A stretch of 64,000 bases of DNA from an uncultured bacterium (GCA_963777505.1 CAVZQN010000003.1:638144-702143), one strand, 5' to 3'. Counted from the first letter of the stretch, positions 9,768-19,265 are shown. Program-made: numbers and translations. The notes: generated by a model from the sequence alone, not told the origin.

Positions 9768-11867
9768 ATGAAGGTTTATACAACCGATTCCATCCGCAAT
9801 GTTGCACTCACAGGTCACGGTGATGTCGGCAAAACTTCTTTAGCTTCTGCTTTTCTGTTTAACAGTGGTGCCATCAATCGGTTCGGCAAAGTCGATCAAG
9901 GAAGTACTGTTACTGATTTTGATGATGATGAGATTGAAAGAAAAGTTACGATTACTTCCAAAGCTTGTTTTGTCGAATGGAATAAAGTCAAGATTAACCT
10001 GTTGGATACTCCAGGTTATGGCAATTTTATTGCAGATGCCCGAGCGTCATTACGGGCAGTGGACGCCGCATTAGTTCTTGTTTGCGGGGTAGCTGGAGTT
10101 GAAGTTCAAACGGAAAAAGTTTGGAAATGGGCAGAAGAATATGGACTGCCCAGAATGATTTGTGTTAACAAACTGGATCGTGAGCGGGCTGATTTCAACC
10201 GCGCTCTTGAATCGATTCAAAAAGCTTTTGGGCGAGGTCCGGTGGCGATCCAAATTCCAATTGGTTCGGAAAAAGATTATTCAGGTGTGATCGATCTTCT
10301 TCATAACAAAGCGTATGAATTTGCCAAAGATGAATCCGGCAAAATGCAAGAAATTCCAATTCCTGACAACCTGAAAGAGCAAGCTACCGCGCAAAGGCAA
10401 GCTTTAATGGAAATGATTGCTGAGCAGGATGATGCTTTGATGGAAAAATACTTTGAATCCGGAGAGCTTCCGCAGGAAGAGATTGTTGCAGGATTGAAAA
10501 AAGGGACTTTGGAACGAAAGATTTTTCCAGTTGTTTGTTCGTCTGCGGTACACAATATCGGCACTCAACCGATTATGAACTCTATCGTTGAACTCCTTCC
10601 CAATCCGGCTGAATCAGGAGTTGTTTTTACGGGCGAGGACCTGAAGGATCATTCACAAATTCAGGCCACAGCACAAGAATCGGAATCACCCGCCGCATTT
10701 GTTTTTAAAACCTTCGTTGATCCGTATGCCGGACGCGTAAATTTATTTCGAGTGGTAAGAGGAGTTCTGAGATCGGATCATAACCTGCAGAACGCGAACA
10801 AAGGAACGACAGAAAAAATCAGTACGATTTCAGTTTTGCAAGGGAAAACCGCAAGCCCGGTTCAGGAGGTACATGCTGGTGATATTGCCAGCGTGGCAAA
10901 ACTGAAGGACACACAAACGAATGACACGCTCTGCGAACCTTCGCATCCTACCAAATTCGCCCCCATTCAATTTCCTCATCCGATTATTTCGTATGCTATA
11001 GAACCAAAATCACGTGGAGATGAAGAGAAAATCAGTACAGCAATGCACAAAATGGCTGATGAAGATCCGGTCCTTCGATTTGATCGCGATCCTCAGACAA
11101 AAGAACTTCTGGTTTCCGGAATGGGACAACTACACGTTGAAGTAGTCGTTGCTCGTTTGAAGCGTAGATTTGGCGTTGAAGTCTTGCTGCATCCTCCAAA
11201 AGTTCCTTATCGTGAAACGATTAAAGCAAAGACAGAAGTACAGGGAAAATACAAAAAGCAATCGGGAGGCCGCGGCCAATATGGCGATTGCTGGATTACA
11301 ATGGAACCGCTTCCACGCGACCATGATTTTGAGTTTGTCGATAAGATTTTTGGCGGCTCGATACCCAAAAATTATGTTCCTGCAGTAGAAAAAGGAATTC
11401 AAGAAGCACGTCAACATGGAGTACTTGCCGGATTCCCAACTGTAAACTTCCGTGTAACCGTTTTTGATGGCTCTTATCATCCTGTAGACTCGAGCGAAAT
11501 GGCGTTTAAAATCGCTGGTTCTATGGCATTTAAAAAAGGAATGGAAGAAGCCAAACCGGTTTTGCTGGAACCGATCATGCATGTCGAAATTACAGCGCCT
11601 GCAGATTATATGGGCACCATCATGGGTGACTTGAATGGACGTCGCGGCCGAATGGAAGGAATGGATTCCAGCGGCGCGAGTCAGGTGATCCGCGCTCGTG
11701 TTCCACTTTCGGAGATGCTCAATTATGCGCCAAGTTTGACTTCGATGACTGGCGGGCGTGGTTCATATGAAATGAACTATTCGCATTATGACGAAGTTCC
11801 ATCACATTTAGCGCAAAAGATCATTGATGAGCATAAATCGAAAATACAGCATGTAAAGGAAGAATGA
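9768..11867 (+). CDS. fusA: Elongation factor G paralogue (EF-G2-like, outside the str operon)
   Basis: GHGDVGKT, DTPG, NKLD, KKQSGGRGQYG and SYHPVDSSEMAF motifs; G2 reads RKVTI instead of RGITI; no rpsL/rpsG/tuf nearby. Confidence 0.92.
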   Translation: MKVYTTDSIRNVALTGHGDVGKTSLASAFLFNSGAINRFGKVDQGSTVTDFDDDEIERKVTITSKACFVEWNKVKINLLDTPGYGNFIADARASLRAVDAALVLVCGVAGVEVQTEKVWKWAEEYGLPRMICVNKLDRERADFNRALESIQKAFGRGPVAIQIPIGSEKDYSGVIDLLHNKAYEFAKDESGKMQEIPIPDNLKEQATAQRQALMEMIAEQDDALMEKYFESGELPQEEIVAGLKKGTLERKIFPVVCSSAVHNIGTQPIMNSIVELLPNPAESGVVFTGEDLKDHSQIQATAQESESPAAFVFKTFVDPYAGRVNLFRVVRGVLRSDHNLQNANKGTTEKISTISVLQGKTASPVQEVHAGDIASVAKLKDTQTNDTLCEPSHPTKFAPIQFPHPIISYAIEPKSRGDEEKISTAMHKMADEDPVLRFDRDPQTKELLVSGMGQLHVEVVVARLKRRFGVEVLLHPPKVPYRETIKAKTEVQGKYKKQSGGRGQYGDCWITMEPLPRDHDFEFVDKIFGGSIPKNYVPAVEKGIQEARQHGVLAGFPTVNFRVTVFDGSYHPVDSSEMAFKIAGSMAFKKGMEEAKPVLLEPIMHVEITAPADYMGTIMGDLNGRRGRMEGMDSSGASQVIRARVPLSEMLNYAPSLTSMTGGRGSYEMNYSHYDEVPSHLAQKIIDEHKSKIQHVKEE

Positions 11868-11894
11868 TCTGCGCATCGTAGCGGTTCAAAATCT

Positions 11895-12269
11895 ATGATC
11901 ATTGTTTCCTGCATCATTCTTTTGATGCTAGGATTCGCTCTCTATACAGCCTATCGCGAGATCTTACTTTACCGAAAAGCTTTAAAAGGTGAAGTTCGCC
12001 TTCTCGTTTCAAAATCACGATTGCTCCGTCGGCTGATTGTTTCAGGACTATTGATTGTCGAATCGATATTTTTGGGGATGGGCTTTTTTGTGCTTAAGCT
12101 CACACCCCATCAGTCATTGATATTTTGGATTTCCGCTTTAGGGCTGATTCTGGTCGTTATCTACCTGGCCATGCGCGACTTTCGCGAAACCCAGCGCGAT
12201 ATCGACAAGATCTTTATGGAAGCAACCCGTTCGGCCATTAAGAAAGAGAGGATAGAGAATAGAAGATAG
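11895..12269 (+). CDS. Hypothetical 3-TM membrane protein
   Basis: 124-aa ORF with three hydrophobic stretches; the last codons come from the heptamer repeat. Confidence 0.7.
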   Translation: MIIVSCIILLMLGFALYTAYREILLYRKALKGEVRLLVSKSRLLRRLIVSGLLIVESIFLGMGFFVLKLTPHQSLIFWISALGLILVVIYLAMRDFRETQRDIDKIFMEATRSAIKKERIENRR

Positions 12270-12353
12270 TGAATAGAGGATAGAGATGGAGAATAGAGAA
12301 TAGAGAATAGTAAGCTCCTTCTATCCTCTATCTTCTATTCTCTATCCTCTCTT
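12244..12353. repeat. Inverted heptamer array (RATAGAG)n, probable bidirectional terminator
   Basis: 26-bp perfect inverted repeat 12244-12269 / 12328-12353 between convergent genes. Confidence 0.85.
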
Positions 12354-13000
12354 CAAAAAGGTGGTTCTTCTTCAGGTACTGGTGGTTCCTCAGCAGCAGG
12401 AGTTTCTTGTGCTTCTCCGGAAGGCGGTGGTTCATATTCATATACAGGTTCTTCAGAGCGGGGAGTTTCAGCCTGTTGCGGCTCGCGTTGCTTCGATTTT
12501 TTTTCTTCAAGCTCCCGATCGATCTTGTCCAGTTTATCTTCAGCTTCCCGCGCCGTTTTATATTGGTCGCCTGTATTTCTAGTATGATAAAGACCCCCAG
12601 AACCAACAGTTTCCTGAGCTTCCTGTATCGTTCTTTCTAATTCTTCTCTTTGTTCTTCTAATTCACGAATCTCTCTTTGTCTATCGACATTCGGATCACT
12701 GGCTTCCTTTTGTGGTTCGGGATCCGGAACATATTCAGCGCCTTCTACAGGAGGAGTATAACTTGAGTCTTCTGTGGCGGTATCAGCAGTTTCACCTTCT
12801 GGTGGAGTTGATTGTACTGCGATGTCGCTTTTAAGATTATCTACATCTTCATTTGTAAATACTTTCGCCTTTTTTCCTGATTTATCAAGAGCTTCTCTGC
12901 GCTGCTTTTCCTTTTTTGCAAGTTCACCCAGGTCTTCACTCATCACCGCAAAAACGAATGAAAAACTAAACAGAAGCACAAGCAAAGTAATTCGTTTCAT
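12353..13000 (-). CDS. Secreted acidic/Pro-rich coiled-coil protein
   Basis: Signal peptide MKRITLLVLLFSFSFVFA, LGELAKKEKQRR...KVFTNEDV motif, GGAGG RBS before ATG 13000. Confidence 0.75.
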   Translation of the reverse strand: MKRITLLVLLFSFSFVFAVMSEDLGELAKKEKQRREALDKSGKKAKVFTNEDVDNLKSDIAVQSTPPEGETADTATEDSSYTPPVEGAEYVPDPEPQKEASDPNVDRQREIRELEEQREELERTIQEAQETVGSGGLYHTRNTGDQYKTAREAEDKLDKIDRELEEKKSKQREPQQAETPRSEEPVYEYEPPPSGEAQETPAAEEPPVPEEEPPF

Positions 13001-13026
13001 AACAGCCTCCACCAACACATACTCCT

Positions 13027-13995
13027 TTATATTATAGAAGCATCTTTTTTGTGAAGCATTTCGGGTTCAGATGCTTCTGCTACCCTTAAATTTCTTCTCA
13101 ATAAACTTATAGATTTAGAGAAATGAAAAGCAATATAGTGTGCCACTTCTTCGACAACATCGTCGGGAACACCATCAAAATGTTTCGATTTTAGCCGCAT
13201 ATCACATTGATCGTTCACATAATCGACAATAACGAAGGTTTCCTTGTCTACGATTGCAATTTCTGTCGAAAAGAAGTCAACACCGGCTATTTTGGCGATC
13301 TTTTGAACCTCAGTTTTCAAGCGGGATAATCCATAAATCTGCTCTTCTTCCGGTAAGACTCTGTGATAAATATGTGTATCATCATCCCACCAACATGAAA
13401 TTGTGAACCCGCAGACATAGTACACACGGAACCATGCGCGGCGTTCTCCAAATTGCACGGGCAATACTTTTTCTTGAAGTAGAAACCGCTCTTTGCTTTT
13501 ACTTTCTTTAGCCTTCACGATGTCAAAAAGCGATTTTGCATATAGCTCGACACCGACACCGCCACCACCAATGGACGGTTTTATGATGAAAGGCTCTCCA
13601 AGCCGGATGAGTTCGCCAATTTTGATCTTTGTCCAGTCGCGATTGGGCGAAAGAATAATCGTATAGGGTACATGAAGGCCACTCTCGATTAATTCGTTAT
13701 GAATCGCAGCTTTATCCAGAGCATGTTGTAGCTTCTGAGGATCGTTCAGTGGGTGTGATCCGGAGTTCAGAAGGTTTTGAATCACGGGTTCAAATGTTGG
13801 ATTGGCATCAGAAGCTCTATCATAAAAAAAACGTGCGCCGAAATCAGCTTCCTTTATCAAGGTTTCGATTTCTACAAGATTGTAAGGATGAATGATGTGA
13901 GAGTTCAGTCCAAACTGAACACATTTCTTATCCAGGATTTGGATAAAATCGTAGTCATATTCCCACTCCCAGAGAAGAGCGACATCAACTAACAT
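13027..13995 (-). CDS. ATP-grasp domain protein (RimK/GshB-like, unassigned)
   Basis: LDKA...VPYT, FIIKPSIGGGGVGV, FLLQEK, FFSTE and VDYVND motifs. Confidence 0.75.
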   Translation of the reverse strand: MLVDVALLWEWEYDYDFIQILDKKCVQFGLNSHIIHPYNLVEIETLIKEADFGARFFYDRASDANPTFEPVIQNLLNSGSHPLNDPQKLQHALDKAAIHNELIESGLHVPYTIILSPNRDWTKIKIGELIRLGEPFIIKPSIGGGGVGVELYAKSLFDIVKAKESKSKERFLLQEKVLPVQFGERRAWFRVYYVCGFTISCWWDDDTHIYHRVLPEEEQIYGLSRLKTEVQKIAKIAGVDFFSTEIAIVDKETFVIVDYVNDQCDMRLKSKHFDGVPDDVVEEVAHYIAFHFSKSISLLRRNLRVAEASEPEMLHKKDASII

Positions 13996-14010
13996 GAAAA
14001 CTCCTTCAAA

Positions 14011-15141
14011 TCAGAGACGAAAAATCTCTTTCTGTTGAACCAGTGATTCCATATATTCTGTATTCACCTCATAGCCGATTCCCGGCTTTTCCGGAATGGC
14101 CGCAAATCCTTCTCGGTCTATTGTTACGGCAGGATCGATCACGTCACGATGCCAGTAACGGCTGCTTGCGGATGTATCACCAGGCAGCGTGAAGTTTGGA
14201 AGAGAGGCAAGTGCTAGATTGTGCGCACGGCCGATGCCGGATTCAAGCATGCCTCCGCACCAGACCGGCACATTGTGAGATTTTGCAAGATCGTGAATGC
14301 GGATCGATTCTGTGTGACCGCCGACGCGTCCGGTTTTAATATTGATGATCTTGCAGCTCTTCATTTGAAGTGCCGCATGAGCTGCACGGAACGAATGAAT
14401 TGATTCATCAAGACATACCGGTGTTCGGACCTGTGCCTGAAGAATTGAATGTTCATAGATGTCTTCATAATGAAGTGGTTGTTCAATCATCATCAGGTTG
14501 AACTCATCAAGTGATTTCAACAACTGCACATCATCAAGAGTGTATGCTGCGTTTGCATCTGCCATTAACGGAATATCAGGAAGTCCGCTGCGGATTGCTT
14601 TCAAAAGATCGATATCACGTCGTGGCTTAATTTTGATTTTTATTCTGCGATAACCTTCGGATAGATATTCTTCAATTTGTCGAAGCAGCGATGGAATATC
14701 TTTTTGCAAACCGACACTCACGCCGCAGGGAATCTTTTGTTTGGTCCCATTCCATAAACGGAACAAGGGAACGTTTTGGGATTTCGCAAGCAAATCCCAG
14801 AGAGCAGCCTCTATGGTCGCCTTCGACATATTATGTCCACGAATTGACGAAGAGGACTGAAGAAACTCGCCGATTGTTCTGCAATTCTTAAGCAATGGAA
14901 CGAGATACTTTTGCAGAATCTCCCAGCAAATTGAATTTGTTTCATAACTGTAAAGTGGATCTACATCAGCTGCACATTCTCCATATGCCGTTATGCCGTC
15001 TGTTTTCAAACGGCACACAATAATTTCGCGGTGATCGATGGAACCAAAACTGGTTTCAAAAGGCGAAACTAACGGCAGTGGAAAAAGTAAAAGTTCAGCT
15101 TGTTCGATTTTAGGGAATTGAGTGTTTAATAGATTTTCCAT
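14011..15141 (-). CDS. menC: o-succinylbenzoate synthase / N-acylamino acid racemase (enolase superfamily)
   Basis: PFETSFG, KIKIKP, DANAAY, EQPL, LDESI, NIKTGRVGG, WCGGMLESGIG and PGDTSAS motifs. Confidence 0.88.
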   Translation of the reverse strand: MENLLNTQFPKIEQAELLLFPLPLVSPFETSFGSIDHREIIVCRLKTDGITAYGECAADVDPLYSYETNSICWEILQKYLVPLLKNCRTIGEFLQSSSSIRGHNMSKATIEAALWDLLAKSQNVPLFRLWNGTKQKIPCGVSVGLQKDIPSLLRQIEEYLSEGYRRIKIKIKPRRDIDLLKAIRSGLPDIPLMADANAAYTLDDVQLLKSLDEFNLMMIEQPLHYEDIYEHSILQAQVRTPVCLDESIHSFRAAHAALQMKSCKIINIKTGRVGGHTESIRIHDLAKSHNVPVWCGGMLESGIGRAHNLALASLPNFTLPGDTSASSRYWHRDVIDPAVTIDREGFAAIPEKPGIGYEVNTEYMESLVQQKEIFRL

Positions 15142-15142
15142 G

Positions 15143-15556
15143 TTAAATGTCGATTACGAACCTCACTATGTGATTTCCTTGTTGTTCTTTCCATTCCAAT
15201 TGACCATACGTAGCACTTTTTGCATGGAGCCGGAGCTCATGATTTTCTCTAATTCTTTCTCCGGCGACAACTGCCTGTAATTGCCAACCATTCTGTTGAT
15301 TGACTTCAACCGTGAATTTCACGAGAAACACATTTTTAACTTCATGAAGCAAGATCAAATGGTTTAGCCAGTCAATCAAAAGTAAATGGCGCTCAGGAGA
15401 AGATAATTGTACCTGAAAGTCTTCCAGAATTTCGATTTTTTCTAATTCAGTCATGAGATCAAAAAGAGCGAGCGCAGCCTCAATAAAAACTTCATTTACC
15501 GAAGATGCATCCACCTCGACTAACGCTTCCGACGGATGATCTAAAAATGTATACAT
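15143..15556 (-). CDS. Archease
   Basis: MYTFLDHPSE, LLLIDWLNHL, KSATYGQL and C-terminal FVIDI; the 20 upstream codons in the track are REP-derived. Confidence 0.85.
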   Translation of the reverse strand: MYTFLDHPSEALVEVDASSVNEVFIEAALALFDLMTELEKIEILEDFQVQLSSPERHLLLIDWLNHLILLHEVKNVFLVKFTVEVNQQNGWQLQAVVAGERIRENHELRLHAKSATYGQLEWKEQQGNHIVRFVIDI

Positions 15557-15560
15557 ATTT

Positions 15561-15614
15561 GTAAGGGACCGCAGGCATCTCGCCTGCTCAGGGATCGTGG
15601 ACGCTCGTCCGCTC
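15561..15614 (+). repeat. GTAG-like REP element, copy 1 of a two-hairpin family
   Basis: GTAAGGGACC-GCAGGC-ATCTC-GCCTGC-TCAGGGATCGTGGACGCTCGTCCGC; shares a 16-nt exact block with 47547-47599. Confidence 0.7.
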
Positions 15615-15620
15615 AAATTC

Positions 15621-16553
15621 CTAAGCCCTCGGATGAAATTTCTTATACACCTTTTTTAGCTGTTCTTGTGAAACGTGCGTATAAATTTCAGTTGTACTGA
15701 TATCAGAATGGCCTAACAGCATTTGAACCGATCGGAGATCGGCGCCTCCTTCAAGAAGATGTGTCGCAAACGAATGTCTGAAAACGTGTGGTGTCAAAAT
15801 ATGTGCCGGAATATTCGCAAGCCTGCCGTAGCCCTTTAGAATCTTCCAAACCCCCTGTCGGGTCAGTGGCTTTCCCCGGTTGTTCAAAAATAACCTTTGT
15901 TGATCTGAAGATTTCTTCGACTTTCCAAAATTTCTTGATAACCTGCGTGATGCAAATTTGGGTCTGACTTCTTGTAAGTATTTTTCAATCCAAATCTTGC
16001 ATTCATCATTTACTGCTGCAATCCTTTCTTTAGAGCCTTTTCCATAGCAATAAACAAAACCAAGCTGAAGCTGGAGCTGTTGCAATCCAATTTGAACGAC
16101 TTCGGAAACTCTCATCCCGCTTGCATACATCAATTCCAGGATCGCGCGATCTCTGATTCCGCTGAGTTTTGAAGTTTCAGGCTGTGCCAAGAGTCTCATA
16201 ATTTGCTGTACGGTTAACACTTTTGGAAGCTTTCGAGCTCTGCGTGGCGACTCAATTTGGGCGGTAGGATCGATCTGGGTAGCGCCACTTGAAGTTAGAT
16301 ATTTGTAAAAGCCTCGCAAAGTCGAAGTAATTCTCATTACGGACGTTGAGGAAAGTTTTTTGGAATACAGGTGCTTCAAGAATTCCATCAGATGAACGTA
16401 TGATTCGGGCCCGCTATCCCAATCTTTCGTTTTGCTGAAGTCGGATAGCTTTTTAAGGTCGCGAGTGTATGACAGAATTGAATTGTCTGAGAGGCCTTTT
16501 TCTACGCGGCAATATTCGATATACTCAGCAACCCAATGCTCAAGTTTGCTCAT
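15621..16553 (-). CDS. xerD: Tyrosine recombinase XerD
   Basis: EKGLSDNSILSYTRDL, RDRAILELMYASGMRVSE, GKGSKER, PHVFRHSFATHLLEGGADLRSVQMLLGH and TTEIYTH motifs. Confidence 0.93.
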   Translation of the reverse strand: MSKLEHWVAEYIEYCRVEKGLSDNSILSYTRDLKKLSDFSKTKDWDSGPESYVHLMEFLKHLYSKKLSSTSVMRITSTLRGFYKYLTSSGATQIDPTAQIESPRRARKLPKVLTVQQIMRLLAQPETSKLSGIRDRAILELMYASGMRVSEVVQIGLQQLQLQLGFVYCYGKGSKERIAAVNDECKIWIEKYLQEVRPKFASRRLSRNFGKSKKSSDQQRLFLNNRGKPLTRQGVWKILKGYGRLANIPAHILTPHVFRHSFATHLLEGGADLRSVQMLLGHSDISTTEIYTHVSQEQLKKVYKKFHPRA

Positions 16554-16653
16554 TGACGAAATAGTACTACAAGCTTAGTAGATGTTCCAAACGCTTGATT
16601 CGGGCGTTTTCAGAACTATGATTGATTCGCCCATAAATTGGAGAAATCTGGCT

Positions 16654-17556
16654 GTGGCAAAGCGAAATCCACCTAAACCTGAAACTCGAAAAACCCGAAT
16701 TGATAAGGAATTGTTCTTCTTTGGCGAAAACAGACTGGCTTTATGGCAGCCCGTGCTTTATTTCAATCCGCATTCTTTGTTCTCAAGTACAGGCGATCTT
16801 TTAATCCTTCGGATTCTTGAAGGCATCGAATGTGCTCCGCTGGAACAGCAGCCCAACGTTACTTTGGATCAGGGTTCAATGGCGCAAATCGCTGAACGTT
16901 ATTCTGCGCAGCTTGCGAAACAGTTAGGGGTGCAGCTCAAATTTCGGCCGGTCGCCCCGTCTATAGCGCGCTATCTGTTACATTGCTCAGCCGAACTCAT
17001 TACGGAAGCCAGTCAAGCAAGGCCATTGAGTGATTTATTAAAGTTTATCGGTTCCCAACCGGCTGAAAATCCTTTTGAAAAACTTGAAGAATCTCCTGCT
17101 GGTGAAGTTCTCAACATCGATCATTTGTTGCGGGATCCATTTTTTGCGCATTGGATGTTAAATCCTCATGAAGTACAAGAATATTTGGAAAAGGCCGCAC
17201 AATTGGAAAAAGGTCCGATCATTCTAACGGGTTCTCCACTTGTCGCGAAGCAACAGGAATTAAGGGAGAATTCTTTACGGCAAGTTTTTTCTGGAAAAGC
17301 ACGCGACGTATGGGCCTACTCCTTTAGAAAGGCGGCGTATTATTTAAAAGAATCCAATGCTCTCTTATCAGGCGTTTCGATGTTTTATGCGAAACAGCTT
17401 GAGGATATGAACATTTCTGTTGAGAATCTCGAAGTCGGCAGGGCTTTGTTCGAAAGGGCAGTCGCTGTGGCTCAAACTCAACAAAAAGCGAAGGAAGAAG
17501 AAGAGCAAAAAAGTTCGCTGATTCTCACTCCTGATCAACTGCGAAAAAGACCTTAG
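16654..17556 (+). CDS. Hypothetical helical cytoplasmic protein
   Basis: Long ORF; GTG 16654 follows GGAG (track start 16582); no motif recognised. Confidence 0.7.
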   Translation: MAKRNPPKPETRKTRIDKELFFFGENRLALWQPVLYFNPHSLFSSTGDLLILRILEGIECAPLEQQPNVTLDQGSMAQIAERYSAQLAKQLGVQLKFRPVAPSIARYLLHCSAELITEASQARPLSDLLKFIGSQPAENPFEKLEESPAGEVLNIDHLLRDPFFAHWMLNPHEVQEYLEKAAQLEKGPIILTGSPLVAKQQELRENSLRQVFSGKARDVWAYSFRKAAYYLKESNALLSGVSMFYAKQLEDMNISVENLEVGRALFERAVAVAQTQQKAKEEEEQKSSLILTPDQLRKRP

Positions 17557-17598
17557 GATCTAGCTCAACCGCCAAGGCGCCATCACGCCAAGAAAGTT

Positions 17599-17952
17599 CT
17601 ATTCGGTAACAACCAGTGTGCCGCGCATTTTCAGATGATCTTTGCCGCAGCGGACGACACAATAAAAGGAAAAGGTGCCAGCCTGAGAAGTAGGAAGGTT
17701 AATCAATGTTGGCGGGCCGGGAGAAATTTCACGCGCTATATTCAGCTCATCAATGGCAAATCCATGCGTAACGTCCAGTGATTTCAGCGATAATCGTACG
17801 GTTTCACCCTTCTTAACTTCAATTGTCTGAGGTGTGTAGTGCGATTTCTGTAATACTACACTAATTGTACGCCCCTCTCCCTCGCCCGTAACGATTGTTG
17901 TCAGAAGAATTGTGAAACAGATTAGCAGGCTTCGCGCCGTTGCTCGAATCAA
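17599..17952 (-). CDS. Exported stand-alone cupredoxin with a CuA-type ligand set
   Basis: Signal/TM segment, DVTHGF, C-VVR-C-GKD-H-LK-M (CxxxCxxxHxxM). Confidence 0.82.
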   Translation of the reverse strand: MIRATARSLLICFTILLTTIVTGEGEGRTISVVLQKSHYTPQTIEVKKGETVRLSLKSLDVTHGFAIDELNIAREISPGPPTLINLPTSQAGTFSFYCVVRCGKDHLKMRGTLVVTE

Positions 17953-18221
17953 CTACGCTCCTGGCTCAACTTCTTTACATAGGCATCCAGCATTTCATTT
18001 TCAAAAGTTACTGTATTCAAAAACAAACTTTCTTTGAAATACTGTTCCAGTTCGGAAGGAGACATCTGGCGCATGAGATTTTCGATCTCTTTCATTACAT
18101 CTTCATAGGAATGTTTTAATTCCTTACGAAGTGCAACTTCCTGATAAATCACTTCAATTAAAGACAACAAATCGCCATCTAATTTCACTTCATATCCTGT
18201 ACTTAATTTCACTGTACTCAT
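17949..18221 (-). CDS. Small helical hypothetical protein (90 aa)
   Basis: GGAGGAGG RBS before ATG 18221 (MSTVKLSTG...); sits inside the ECF operon. Confidence 0.75.
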   Translation of the reverse strand: MSTVKLSTGYEVKLDGDLLSLIEVIYQEVALRKELKHSYEDVMKEIENLMRQMSPSELEQYFKESLFLNTVTFENEMLDAYVKKLSQERS

Positions 18222-18231
18222 CCCTCCTCCC

Positions 18232-18564
18232 TTAGCTTTCAAAGCCTGTTCGGGCGTCATCTACCTCAGAGTAGATGCCGAAAAGGGATTTGGCTTTTGC
18301 TATTGCCAGGAGTGTATCGATTCGCGGTTGTACTCCAGCAAGATGAATACGACCCCCGGCGCTTTTTGTTTTCCGATAGAAATCCATTAGACATCCGATG
18401 CTGGCGCTATCCATAAAATTTACGTTACTCATATCGATTACAAACTTCCGATACCCATCATTGATATACCCTGACCATTCGCGGGTAATATCTTCTAGAA
18501 GTTCATATACCATTCGATGATGAGGGATCGTTATTACTTTCACATCATCTTTGATGTTTTCCAC
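18232..18564 (-). CDS. STAS domain anti-anti-sigma factor
   Basis: FVIDMSNVNFMDSASIGCL with the conserved phosphorylatable Ser; GAGGAGG RBS. Confidence 0.85.
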   Translation of the reverse strand: MENIKDDVKVITIPHHRMVYELLEDITREWSGYINDGYRKFVIDMSNVNFMDSASIGCLMDFYRKTKSAGGRIHLAGVQPRIDTLLAIAKAKSLFGIYSEVDDARTGFES

Positions 18565-18573
18565 ACTTCCTCC

Positions 18574-19161
18574 TCAAGCAGGACGCTCGACAACGGGAAT
18601 TCCCTTCATTTTTTCAGCCAACTCAGCGCGGCCGCGATGAATTCGTGATTTCACAGTGCCTTCTGCCAGATTCAATTCATCAGCAATTTCCTTATAAGAT
18701 TTCCCTTGAAGATCGCGTAAAATCAGGACACGACGCAACTCATCTGGCAATTCACTCAGACTTTGACGAAGAACTTTTGAGCGTTCAGTTGCCTCCATAT
18801 TTCCTTGCGGAGAAAGGCCTTGAAATTTGAAGTTCTTCAAATCGGTTAAATCACCGCTGAGAATTTTTCTTTCACGTTTTACGCTTCGGTAGTAATCAAT
18901 ACACGCATTCCGGCTGATGCTGACAAGCCACCACGAAAAATCCTGTTCTTTTTTGTAGGAATGAAGGGCTTTATAAACTTTGAAAAAGACTTCTTGAGTC
19001 AGGTCTTCTGCTTCTTCGAAACGGCCTGTAAACTTATACGCAATTCCGAAAACTTTTCGCTTATAACGAGCAATAATTTGCTCCCAGGCAGCCTCGTCAT
19101 GAAGCAGACAACGTTCAATTAATTCAAGATCGGTCGGTTGGTCGGTCAACGGGTCACTCAA
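18574..19161 (-). CDS. ECF (RpoE-type) RNA polymerase sigma factor
   Basis: AEDLTQEVF, FSWWLVSISRNACID and SYKEIADELNLAEGTVKSRIHRGR motifs. Confidence 0.93.
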   Translation of the reverse strand: MSDPLTDQPTDLELIERCLLHDEAAWEQIIARYKRKVFGIAYKFTGRFEEAEDLTQEVFFKVYKALHSYKKEQDFSWWLVSISRNACIDYYRSVKRERKILSGDLTDLKNFKFQGLSPQGNMEATERSKVLRQSLSELPDELRRVLILRDLQGKSYKEIADELNLAEGTVKSRIHRGRAELAEKMKGIPVVERPA

Positions 19162-19187
19162 GATTGAATAAATATACCATAGAGCTC

Positions 19188-19265
19188 GTTGAGGATAGAG
19201 GATAGAGGATCGAGAATAGCGAGCATCGAGCTTCTATCTTCCATCCTCAATTCTCTATCCTCAAC
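19188..19265. repeat. Inverted heptamer array (GATAGAG)n
   Basis: Terminal 13-bp perfect inverted repeat GTTGAGGATAGAG...CTCTATCCTCAAC; same unit as 12244-12353. Confidence 0.8.

Noticed and set aside
12244-12353. CRISPR array (also considered for 27501-27614)
   Set aside because: Tandem 7/8-mers without unique spacers; no cas genes.
12328-12606. Minus-strand ORF ending ERIENRR, identical to the end of the 11895 gene
   Set aside because: Artefact of the perfect inverted heptamer repeat; it is an off-frame shadow of the 12353-13000 gene.
15621-16553. Phage or island integrase
   Set aside because: Motifs and length match housekeeping XerD; no att site or cargo.
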